Below are positions 12,869 through 25,387 of a stretch of 64,000 nucleotides of DNA, piece after piece; position 1 is the first letter of the stretch; the number at the start of each line of letters is the position of its first letter. The notes under the pieces are model-generated. The model was not told the DNA's origin, searched no databases, and saw only the letters and a program-made list of their open reading frames with translations. The stretch spans positions 180,482,001 to 180,546,000 of the forward strand of contig OX597816.1 of assembly GCA_951406725.2 (NCBI GenBank), read 5' to 3'. Both the position numbers and the translations under genes were made by a program. The stretch comes from Octopus vulgaris (lineage: Eukaryota).

Positions 12869-13423
12869 TTAAGTTACATACAAGTGGCCTTTGTCATGTT
12901 ACTACTAGGACCTTGTGATTGTGAAGCAAACTTCATAACACACACACACACACACACACACAAACATTGAAGTGCCTAAAATTTGAAGGAACTGGGGAAT
13001 GATGTAAGGGATGAGCACATTAGCGGCAGCAGTCTAATCTGTTAATTCTGAGTGACTAACCCATGACAACATCCCACTCTATCATGTGTGATATCATATG
13101 CAATGAACTGATGTTACTAAATAAACCATTGCCCAGCTTGCAGACCTTGTGGTGACAGTTGTATCCTGTCCAAGCAGGAATGGCCCCAAGAATAAAGAAA
13201 GGAATTAATGTTGCTTCAGCATCAACAAGTGAATTCAAAAAGCTATCTTGAATTCACTTCAAATTCTATTACACTTCTCTAGATACCTGATGAGAATGGT
13301 TTGTCCTACAAAGTTTTCAGTTGAATGGAGCTGAGTCAAGCTTATTAAATAATGTATGATATAGTTCAATATATGTATTACATAGTTAGTCCTTCTGTTA
13401 CATACGTTGTGCTGTTTACGTGT

Positions 13424-13458
<35 letters not shown>

Positions 13459-15558
13459 GTATGGTCAAACAATGTTTTGCTATGGTGAAAGACACTTGCT
13501 GCTGTGTAGAATCAATCCTATAATTGCACATTTGTAAGGAAACTTCTTAACCACACAGTAATGCCAAGTATGTTACTGGTATTTTTTTCATTAGCTCTTC
13601 TACACATGGCAGACAAAACTATCCTAAAATTACTGAGACAACAAATTAGATTCTTTTAGATATCTAGAATATTGCACTTTCTTTAGTGCATTCAAACCTC
13701 TGGAAATTCTGGCCAAGCTGGAGTTTCAGCTTATGCACTAAGTAGAGGCAGTGGTGAAAGTAGTGGCAGTAGTGGTTGCTGTTGGAAGCTGTTTTATACT
13801 GATCTTACCCTGTTGGGAATAGCTGATCTTCAACAATAGAACCCTTCATCTCTGTCTAACAGACCAGAAAGTAGTACTCCTGCTTGAGTTAGTAAAAACA
13901 ACTAGCAATGAAGGACTTGACTTCAGAACTTCAGTGTGTGAAATATAGGGAAGAGAGAGAGAGAGAGAGAGAGGAGGGAGATTTCCAGAAACTGTGAATC
14001 AGCTGAATAAAGTATTTAAAAAAAAACACTGATACTAGTATTCTGCAAGTAGAAAACAATTTAAAGATTTCAGAAACCAGATGAAGCAGACTGCACAATA
14101 GAATTTCAAATAATTGGCTGCCATTTAGAAAAAAAATGTATTCAATCCAATAAATAGATTTCCTTAAATACTTTGTCATCAAATTCAACCATTAACCAAA
14201 GCTGATAAAGCAATTAAATGAGAATTGTGTATAATCTATCGACACCAGGCTGCTGCCTCGTTGAATTTTGCTTCTCAATTTGAATTTCTGTTTGGTCTGA
14301 GTGACAGTAAAATGTGTAAGCATGGATATTCAATGTAAATTTCTGGCACTTCATAAGCCATAAACTGTCTTTTTTGTAATTATTGGAAAATCTGAATGAT
14401 TGAGAAAGACTTGTACATCATAAATTACTGAAGAACAAATGCAGCTGCTCAAAGTATTGTTCTTGAAATGTTATTTCTTTCATATTAACACCAAGAAATT
14501 ATCACCATTCATAGCATTACACAAAGCCATCCAGTCCATGTAATAGCTGTGAAAGCAAACATCCGAGAGGTAGCATATAAGGTTAGAGTTTGTTAAGCAG
14601 CTGGCAAATTTTTAGTTACTGTTTAAGATGTCTATGCAGATAATAGTATCACCATCTCAGATGTGGTAGTATGCTGCCCTGGGGTTCTCAGGTTTTACAG
14701 AGGGTTAATAGAAATTGGGAGCTGTGGTATTTTCTAATCTTGAACAGGAAAGCCTTCTTTGATATGCAGTCTTTGCTATATTCATCCGCTCATGAAAGCG
14801 TATTCCTGGGTGCACTTTTATGGTCATGTTATATAGTTTGGTTGTGTGTTACTAAAATCACCAGATCAGAATCTATTTGTGCATGTGTGTGTGAATACAT
14901 TTAATAACAATGAAAATTAATTACCTGAGTTTTCATACATATTGAAAAAAATATTAGATTTAAATAATAAAAGATACATACAAACATGCTTGCATTCATA
15001 CATATATTCTAGCATGCGTGCATATTGACAATATCACACACACACACATACACACACACTAAATTACTTCCGTAAGGACTAATTAAACAGAAGAACTTGT
15101 ATTGATTCAGTAAGGAAAGTCCCTGAAACTTAATAATTACATCAGTTAAAAATATACACTTGTTTCATATGACATCCCAAATTAATATATATCATAGATA
15201 AGATATATCCATTCCACCTAGTAATTAATGATTTAATTAAAATCATGAGTTATGTAAGACTACTTATCACATTCCATGTCATCAACAAAAAAGAATGACA
15301 AATTATTATAAATTGTTCCAAACCTCTATATTCTATATGAAAATTGCAGGATTAGCACGTACTAATAAATTCCATTAAGTAATTGCTGACAACAAAAGTT
15401 CATATTGAATAAAATATATATCATCATATGTGTTTTGTGTGTGTGTGTGCAAATACATGATGGTTAGTGAGAGGAAGAGCATCCAGCCGTAAAGTGAACA
15501 ATAAAATGATGATATATATATTCTTTTTTGAAATAGTGGAACTTGAAGCATATCACAT

Positions 15559-18115
15559 CATCATCATCATCATCATCGTTTAGCGTCCGCTTTCCATGCT
15601 AGCATGGGTTAGACGGGTCAACTGGGGTCTGTGAAGCTGGAAGGCTTCGTCAGGCCCAGTCAGATCTGGCAGTGTTTCTACGGCTGGATGCCCTTCCTAA
15701 CGCCAACCACTCCGCGAGTGTAGTGGGTGTTTTTTACGTGCCACCTGCACAGGTGCCAGACAGAGCTGGCGAACGGCCATGAACGGATGGTGCTTTTACG
15801 TGTCACCGGCACGGGGCCAGGCGATGCTGGCAACAGACACGAACGGATGGTGCTTTTACGTGCCACCGACACGGGGCCAGACAGAGCTGGCAAACCGGCC
15901 ACGAATGGACGGTGCTTTTACGTGTCACCGGCACGGGGGCCAGCCGAGGCTGGCAACGGACGCGAACAGATGGTGCTTTTACGTGCCACCGACACGGGGC
16001 CAGACAGAGCTGGCAAACGGCCACGAACAGACGGTGCTTTTACGTGTCACCGGCACGGGGGCCAGCCGAGGCTCTCAATGGACGCGAACGGATGGTGCTT
16101 TTATGTGCCACCGACACGGGGCCAGACAGAGCTGGCAACCGGCCACGAGCGGACGGTGCTTTTACGTGTCACCGGCACGGGGGCCAGCCGAGGCTGGCAA
16201 CGGACATGAACGGATGGTGCTTTTACGTGCCACCGACATGGGGCCAGACAGAGCTGGCAAACGGCCACGAACGGATGGTGCTTTTACGTGCCACCGACAC
16301 GGGGCCAGACAGAGCTGGCAAACGGCCACGAACGGACGGTGCTTTTACATGTCACCGGCACGGGGCCAGGCGAGGCTGGCAACGAACACGAACGGATGGT
16401 GCTTTTACGTGCCACTGACACGGGGTCAGGCAGAGCTGGCAAACGGCCATGAGCGAATGGTGCTTTTTACGTATCACCGGCACGGGTGCCAGATGAGGCT
16501 GACAGCGGACACGAACGGATGGGTCACTTAACCCCTGCTTTCTGATATATGATTTGATTTTGATTGTTCTCACTGGTCTTGCCGGGTCTTCTCACGCACA
16601 GCATACTTCCATAGGTCTCGGTCTCTGGTCATTTCCTTGGTGAGACCTAGAGTTCGAAGGTCGTGCTTTACCACCTCGATCCAGGTTTTCCTGGGTCTAC
16701 CTCTTCCACAGGTCCCCTCAACTGCCAGGGTGTGGCACTTTTTCACACACCTATCTTCATCCATTCTCACCACATGACCATACCAGCGCAATCGTCTCTC
16801 TTGCACACAACATCTGATTCCTCTTAGGTCCAACTTTTCTCTCAAGGTACTTACACTCTGTCGACTATGAACACTGACATTACACATCCAACGGAGCATA
16901 CTGGCTTCGTTTCTCGCGAGCTTACGCATGTCCTCAGCAGTCACGGCCCATGTTTCACTGCCATGTAGCATGGCTGTTCATACACATGCATCATACAGTC
17001 TGCCTTTTACTCTGAGCGAGAGGCCTTTAGTCACCAACAGAGGTAAGAGCTCCCTAAACTTTGCCCAGGCTATTCTTACTCTAGCCGTTACACTTTCAGC
17101 ACACCCACCCCCACTACTGACTTGGTCACCAAGATAACGGAAGCTATCAACTTCTTCTAGTTTTTTCCCCTGGAAAGTGACGGAAGTCGTTTTCTGCAGA
17201 TTTTCAGAGGTTAATGCTCCCGAGCATCTGCCACATACAAAAACCATCTTCCTAGTTAGCCTTCCTATGACATTGCTGCACCTCTTATGTGTCCATAGTT
17301 TACACTTGGTGCATCTTATAGTGTTTCTACCTACACCTTTTCTACAGATCGAGCAGGGCCATCTACCTGAAGGCGTTTGTGATTTGTCTACCTTCCTACT
17401 TATTAGGACTTTGGTTTTAGCTAGGTTGACTCTAAGGCCCTTCGATTCTAAACCATGCTTCCACACCTGAAACTTCTTCTCCAGTTCTGATAATGACTCA
17501 GCAATTAGAGCAAGGTCATCAGCATAGAGGAGCTCCCAGGGGCATCCTGTCTTGAATTCCTCCGTTATTGCCTGGAGGACTATGATAAATAGGAGGGGGC
17601 TGAGGACTGAGCCTTGGTGGACCCCTACCTCTACCCGGAATTCTTCATTGTACTCATTTCCAACCCTCACCTTACTAGCAGCGTCCCTGTACATGGCTTG
17701 CACAGCTCTCACTAACCATTCATCTATTCCTAGTTTCCTCATTGACCACCATATGAGGGATCGGGGGACCCTGTCGAAGGCTTTCTCCATGTCAACAAAA
17801 GCCAGGTACAGGGGCTTATCTTTGGCTAGGTATTTCTCCTGCAGCTGCCTTACCAGGAATATAGCATCAGTGGTACTTTTCCCTGGCATGAAACCAAACT
17901 GCATCTCATCTAAACTAACTCTCTCTCTAATTAGTTGGCTTATGACCCTCTCTGTAACCTTCATCACCTGATCCAACAGCTTGATACCTCTGTAATTATT
18001 TGTATCTAGGGCATCACCTTTACCTTTGTAGCAGTTGACTATTATGCTGCTACACCAGTCATTGGGTATGACTCCTTCATGTATCACCTGATTAACTATA
18101 CAGGTGACTAGGCTA
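15559..18115 (-). mobile_element. 5'-truncated RTE-clade LINE (copy 1): reverse transcriptase, PHD-like finger, tandem-repeat 3' UTR and (ATG)n tail
   Basis: ORFs 16978-18087 and 16570-16971 are in the same frame, split by one TGA. RT motifs NYRGI, FVDMEKAFD, GVHQGSVLSP, YADD and FRYLG, plus the RTE-type HGSETW and RLRWYGHV. The tail reads (cat)n on the + strand at 15559. Confidence 0.95.
15725..16520. repeat. GC/CpG-rich minisatellite of about 61 bp, about 13 units, mostly alternating A/B, inside the RTE 3' UTR
   Basis: Recurring ggtgcttttacgtg(c/t)caccg(a/g)cacggggccag. It explains the spurious overlapping ORFs at 15678-16573. Confidence 0.9.
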
Positions 18116-18960
18116 AGCTATAAATAATAGTATGTAAATTTTGGGTCAAAAACCCCTTTGAGATACAAAATGTCAAAGGCTGCTCATGAGACACAAATCC
18201 AAAGCGATCCTTTAAATTTCATTATCAATATTAGAAACTTTATTTCATGCCAATGAGAATTGTGTTGTTGACATCGTAAGCATTTTATAAACTTTTTCTA
18301 GAGAATAGTGGATCTTAAAGCACATCACATAAAGCTATAAATACTAGCATGTAAATTTATATATATATATATATGGAGCCTGGGGCAGCCCCTGGCTCCC
18401 CAGACCCCGGTCGAACCGTCCAACCCGTGCTAGTGCGGAAAACGGACATTAAACGATGATGATGATGATGATATATATATAAGCAGATGTGTTGTGTGTT
18501 TAAAGAGGTTAGTGGTGGTGACAGGAAGAGCATCCAGCTGTAGAAAAATCTGACTCAATAAAAACCCATGCAAGTATGGAAAAGTGTATGTATGTGTATA
18601 TATATATAAAAACAGATGTACTATATGTACAATAAATTATTAAATATTGTTGAAGCACAGAATTCAAGCTAAATTAAAATCCTACAGCATCAGCACAAGT
18701 TAAGGCTATGACAAGTTGGAATCAGATTTATTAACTCTTTCTTTGATTGTTTTAACCCACCCTTTTCTATCATTAAAAGAACAATTGGCATTTTTGACGG
18801 CATGGGTATGCTATTGTAAACATAATCTACAGTTGTATCCATCTGCAAGATAGGAAGAATGGGATTGATAATAGACTGCTTGAGTTTAAATTATACCCCT
18901 ATTGAGTTTAATCTAAGGATTTATGGAGCAAACAAAGTAGAAAAACGGAGTCGCTCATTG

Positions 18961-19179
18961 TCAACTCTTTAGCATTTTAAACTGGCCATATCTGACCCAA
19001 AAATTCTGTTTTATGTTCAAACTATTCAGATCTTGGCTCTCTCACCTACCCTACAATGTCACTCTAAAAATGAACAATCAGATCATCAAAATCTCAAGGC
19101 TATAAGATAACGTATGATTAATTCAAAACAACATGAATGATAAGTATTTGACAGAGTAATCTGAATGTTACATTGTTAA
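18961..19179 (-). mobile_element. TTAA-type MITE copy
   Basis: Reverse-complement homology to 12341-12420 and 12735-12868 (ctttagcatt...gagtaatctgaatg). Confidence 0.6.
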
Positions 19180-20780
19180 ACAAGTGATGATGCATAGAGA
19201 TTCCATTATTAACAAGGCCAGCTGTAGAACCTATATAATATTTCAAAGTGCAGTGAGTTTCTGCAGTGGACTTGATAAAGAGATGAATTTCCATTAATTC
19301 ATTGAGATATTGTGAACCAACATCTCAGCCAAGTAGTTTAAATTTATTAGATGTCACAATAAAGGTTAGGGGTGGTAGAAAAAGAGAGTTTAACAGGCTC
19401 CATTGTCTGTATAGCATGCTTTATACATGGCACTAGCACCAGTGTTTTTAACGTAGCAGCAACATCAGTGCTTTTTATGTGGCACCAGCACTGACTGGGT
19501 TGCCAAATATCTTGTAAGACAAAAATCCCTCAGCTGGGAAGGAATGGTAGTATTGGGGGGATGGAGTGGCTTTGTACCAGTTGATGAGAGATGAAAATTA
19601 TAGAGGGTAAGGATAAGTGTCTTGCTGTAGAGTAGATACATGGATATCCCAGTTGGAAAAGAAAGGAAGGTGAGTTAGATAGTAGGATGGAAAGAACAGG
19701 TGAGCTAAAGAGCAAAATGAAGGGGAAGCAACAGTGAGAGATGAGGATGAAGATGTGCCATGACATGCCATCGGGGAACTTTGGGTGGGGGGGTAGAATA
19801 GCTGATGCAGAGGTCTGGATTAGGTTAGTGGGCAGGATAGGGGTGACTATGGCAAATGATAAAGGGAAATATAGCTAATATTACTTAATATAGTTCTCTG
19901 TTGCTTCCATGTGTGTATATGCACACACACATATATATACACAAGGAAGGGCATCCAGACGTAGAAACACTGCCAAATCTGACTGGGCCTGATGAAGCCT
20001 TCCGGCTTCACAGACCCCAGTTAAACCGTCCAACCCATGCTAGCATGGAAAACGGACGCTAAATGATGATGATGATGATGTGTATACATACACAAACACA
20101 TACATATATATATATATATATGCAAGCACACACACACATGTCCAGATGTTATAATTCTTTTCTCCTCATAGAAGAGCTCTCAAGAGACACCTGGCCCCTA
20201 TTGTAAGAAGATAAGCACTAAATATGTTTGTTTTCTTTGTAACACAATTCATTCATTTTATGAAATACTATGGTCACCTGGTTGAAATATATCTCCCTCC
20301 TTCTCTCACTGTGTGTGTGTATAAAATATTACACACAGGTATTTATATATGGACAGAGGCATTGCTGTTATTATGAAGTTTGCTTCCAAACCACTTGGTT
20401 TCAACTTCAGTTTCACCGTGTGGCACCTTTTGTACTTGCCTTCTACTACAGACTCAGGCCAACCAAAGCCTTGTAAGTGGATTTCATAAATAAAAACTGA
20501 AAGAAACCTCACATATATAGACATACATGCATGCAGACAGACTAGGAGAGAGAAAGCCCATTCCCTCAGGTTTCATAGGTTTGCAAGCTGTATAGCAACC
20601 TCAGTAGTGCTAGTAACATGAAAAAAGCACTCAGGACATATCGTAAAATGGTTGGCATCAGGGAGGGAATCCAGCTGTAAAATATATGCCTTGACAATCT
20701 CTTTCCAACTCCTGCAAGTATAAAGAAGTGGATGTTAAAACAATGATGATGATGATGATATGTATATATATATATCTGTG

Positions 20781-21063
20781 GAAAAAGGTGAAAGTGGTCG
20801 AGTGAACTTGCCATGAGGAGTGAAATACCCAATGTTTCAGACGCAATCGTTCATCAGTGGGTAAAGAAAAAGAGAAATTGAAGAAGGACAAGCAGAGTTT
20901 ACATCCTCTCAGCTTGAAAAACTGGCTGCAACTGAGAGGATATAAACTCTGCTTGTTCTTCTTCAACTACTCTTTTTCTTTACCCACTGATGAAAGATTG
21001 CGTCTGAAACATTGGGTATTTCACTCCTCATGGCAAGTTCCCTCGACCACTTTCACCTTTTTC
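20781..21063. repeat. Inverted repeat (arms 20781-20912 / 20932-21063); fold-back element between TA-rich microsatellites
   Basis: 132-bp arms are reverse complements with a few mismatches. About 60 nt of unpaired extension on the right. The mirrored ORFs 20658-20966 and 20857-21156 reflect the repeat. Confidence 0.92.
20981..21018 (+). ncRNA. Minimal hammerhead ribozyme-like motif (mirror copy at 20826-20863 on the - strand)
   Basis: taccc-a-CTGATGA-a-agat-tgc-gtct-GAAA-cat-t-gggta. Core boxes and stem I are intact. Stem III ACAT is probably a CpG-decayed ACGT. Confidence 0.55.
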
Positions 21064-22836
21064 TATATTTTTTCAAGTCTTGCCGATGCAAAGCTACACA
21101 AGATTCCTTGTAGCTTGCCTGATTATACATATATATCTGTGTGTGTGTGCCAGTGACACATAAGAGCATCCAGTACATGATGCGGAGTGGTTGATGTTGG
21201 AAAGGGCATCCAGCCATAGAAGCCAAGCCAAAACAGACTGGAGCCCAATGAGCTCTCTGGCTTACCAGCTCCTAGTCAAACCGTCTTACCCATGCTAGCA
21301 TGGGAAACAACCACTAAATATTTATATGTGTACATATGTATGCATATGTATACATGACTTTATATATATGTGTGTGTGTGTGTGTACATACACTCACACA
21401 TGTATGTACATATAATTTTAGCATTGCACATATGCACATATCATGACACACCGAACCATATATCACATCCTTTCAATTTTTGTGCACACACATTTTTCCC
21501 AGCAATACCCACAAACAGATCTTGCACACAAATATATTATGTGGCTGTTATAAGATTTCAACAATTCTTAAATCTTCTGTTCATATATAAAATTATGAAA
21601 TATAAAGTATTTACCACGTTACACTTATATGTGTGTGTGTGTGTCTGTGCTTACACATACACAAACATCCACACATATAGATGGATGTAAAATAAATGGA
21701 TTTTGTTTATGAAATCTTGGAGATGTGGAATGGGTTCAGATAAAAAGTACAAAACATAATATCCAATAGCTTACTTTGTGTGTGTGTGTGCATGCGTACA
21801 TATGTGTATATGTGCTTGTGTGGATTTTTTGACAGCTTCCATTATATATTGTGGGCGTATTTTCTCTGTCTCCAACTGAAGTTTTTCTCTCAGCTTTATT
21901 CCATGTCACAGACCTAAGTAAGACATTGCCATGTACTGTACACATGTTGTCATTCCTTTCTCAATATTTTCCCCTTTTCTGAGCAGCTCCTCTGTTCTGT
22001 AGTGGTTATACTTATCTATGAGACAGAGGACACTTGCTGCTTATCAGTTTTGTTGTTGTTGGTCCTGATTGGGTTACCCTATCATCAAAGTCATTCTAAC
22101 TTTGAGTTTTAAAAGTTTCAGGACTATATTATCTTATGTATTGTTGTCTTTTTAATTTAAGATAAGGCATGATATCTGGGAAATTTGGCTGCTATTTCTA
22201 TTGTATAGAGGCTCCCTTGTTGGTTTTTATATATATGACAGTGGGTGATGGCAGTCATGGTGGGGTTATGAGCAGTCGATGAAAATAAGTTGATTTGAAG
22301 TTGACTGGTATTTGGCTGCTTTTCTTTGTCAATAGAATATCTGCACAGAGCACCTATCATTGACTCAAACTTCGTGTATGGGTGATGTTCATGGTGGTAG
22401 TGGTAGGCTTATTGAATAATGAAGTGCAAAGAGAAAACTTGACCCAATGGCTCAGTAGAGAAGCCAAGTTAATCAGAGCAGTATTTAGTTGATTTGATAA
22501 CCCAACCTTGATTGCCCATCAATTTAGTTATTTCTGTTCCCATGTGTCATGTCCATCTGTACCTCAAGGTCTTTGAAAGAGACATTATCAGAAGCTCATC
22601 ATCTTATAAATGTAAGTAAAGTTGGAAATCAAGTACTAGGGTCATTTGAACATGTGTGTATAATTAATCCAAAATAATAAATCATTTAAAATAGGCTTTG
22701 ATTTATCAAAAGTTCTGCTAATATCCACTGGTAGGACTATCACAAAGTCATTTATAACTGCAGAAACAATTACTAATTGCAGAATCTGGTAGAGCTTCAG
22801 TAATCATTTCTTTTGTTACTGTATTACACTATTATA

Positions 22837-23170
22837 GTGAAGGCTCAGTGGTCAGAATGTTGGGCTCACAATCATGAGGTAGTGAGTTTGATTCCCAGAC
22901 GGGGCTGTGTGTTGTGTTCTTGAGCAAAGACACTTTATTTCACGTTGCTCCAGTTCACTCAGCTGTAGAAATGAGTTGCGATGTCACTTGTGCCAAGCTA
23001 TATTGGCCTTTGCCTTTCCCTTGGATAACATTGATAGTGTGGAGAGAGGAGGCTGGTATGCATGGGCGACTGCTGGTCTTCTATAAACAGCCTTGCCCAG
23101 ACTTGTGCCTCACATGGTAACTTTCTTTGTGCAATTCCATTGTCACTCTTGCCTAAAGGGTGTCTTTACT
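22837..23170 (+). mobile_element. tRNA-derived SINE
   Basis: ggctcagtggtcagaatg...gagtttgattccc head, then ttgagcaaagacactttatttcacgttgctcc, shared with the 12428-12731 SINE. Confidence 0.65.
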
Positions 23171-23791
23171 CTTTTGTATTATTATATTCATTAAATCAAT
23201 ACAATAGGTGTGTAAGCAAGCTTGGCTCTGTTCTCTGTCTCTGCACTGAGTTTCAAGTTTGATAATCTATTATGTATACTATGCAAAACTGTATGTATGT
23301 CATCATTATCATTGGTCATATTTGTTTTACATCTACTTCCCATTTTGGCATGAGTTGGTCAGGTTCTTTATGGTCACAATCAAATACGTCAAATCTCATT
23401 TAACATTATTGCTCTTAGGCTGGAGGGCCACCGCTTCATACATTACATTTTAATGTAGATTTTTTTTTACAACTGGGTACTCTTCCCAATACCAACCAAT
23501 TCACTGTTTATCCAACATCAGAGAGGTTATTATGATAGTTTGTGATCTCAGTGCATTTTGTTGAGTGCAGCTGCAGCAGTATCTCCATTAATGCAGTAAT
23601 ACTAAATGCTTGCTTTTGGATTGTTGTAAGTTAGCTTAGTATTCTGCATAAAGCATTCATTTAATATAGTCAAGCATATTTGACCATACTTTAACATAGT
23701 ACTGTATAACCATTGGCTCTTCCTTCCTTGTCCAGCTTGCTTCTTTATCTGTATCTTTTACTTAATAAATAATTTGAATATATAATTTCAG

Positions 23792-24269
<478 letters not shown>

Positions 24270-24277
24270 CTATATAT

Positions 24278-25098
24278 CATCATCATTTAACGTCCGCTTT
24301 CCATGCTAGCATGGGTTGGACGGTTCAACTGGGGTCTGGGGAGCCCGAAAGCTGCACCAGTCCAGTCAGATCTGGCAGTGTTTCTATAGCTGGATGCCCT
24401 TCCTAACGCCAACCACTCCGAGAGTGTAGTGGGTGATTTTATGTGCCACCGACACAGGTGCCAGACGAGGCTGGCAAACGGCCACGCTCGGATGGTGTTT
24501 TTTATGTGCCACCGACACAGGTGCCAGACGAGGCTGGCAGACGGCCACGCTCGGATGGTGTTTTTATGTGCCACCGACACAGGTGCCAGATGAGGCTGGC
24601 AAACGGCCACGATCGGATGGTGTTTGTTACGTGCCCACAGCACGGAGGCCAGTCGATGCGGTACTGGCTACGGCCACATTCGGATGGTTTTCTTGTGTGC
24701 CACGTGCCACCGGCACTGGTACCACAAAGATACAAATTCCATTGATGTTCATCTATTTTGATTTGTTTTGATTTTCACTTGCCTCAACAGGTCTTCACAA
24801 GTGTCACAAGAAGGAAGGTATGCACAGGTGGACTGACTACGTCCCAGGTAGGGCCCACAGGTTATGGCCTGACTAGTCTTGCCGGGTCTTCGGATGGTGT
24901 TTTTATGTGCCACCGACACAGGTGCCAGATGAGGCTGGCGAACGGCCAAGATCGGATGGTGTTTGTTACGTGCCCACAGCACGGAGGCCAGTCGGTGCAG
25001 TACTGGCTACGGCCACGTTCGGATGGTTTTCCAGTACCGCACCGACTGGCCTCTGTGCTGTGGGCACGTAACAAACACCATCCGATCGTGGCCGTTCG
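24278..25098 (-). mobile_element. RTE 3'-UTR-derived non-coding element with an internal duplication and a terminal fold-back
   Basis: (cat)n tail, cgtccgctttccatgctagcatgggttggacgg end and about 60-bp repeat units. It ends in an inverted copy (25031-25098) of 24939-25006. Confidence 0.8.
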
Positions 25099-25124
25099 GC
25101 TATATGTATATAAATATATGTATG

Positions 25125-25156
<32 letters not shown>

Positions 25157-25192
25157 AATAAATATATGTATGTGTGTGTATATATATGTATG

Positions 25193-25254
<62 letters not shown>

Positions 25255-25348
25255 TATGTATGTGTGTGTATATGTATGTGTGTGTATATATATGTATGTA
25301 TATATATATGTGTATATATATATATATATAAATAAATAAATATATGTA

Positions 25349-25385
<37 letters not shown>

Positions 25386-25387
25386 TT

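Noticed and set aside
15678-16573. Overlapping 160-250 aa ORFs, or a CRISPR-like array
   Set aside because: These are a by-product of a GC-rich 61-bp tandem repeat. There are no unique spacers, no cas genes, and the context is eukaryotic.
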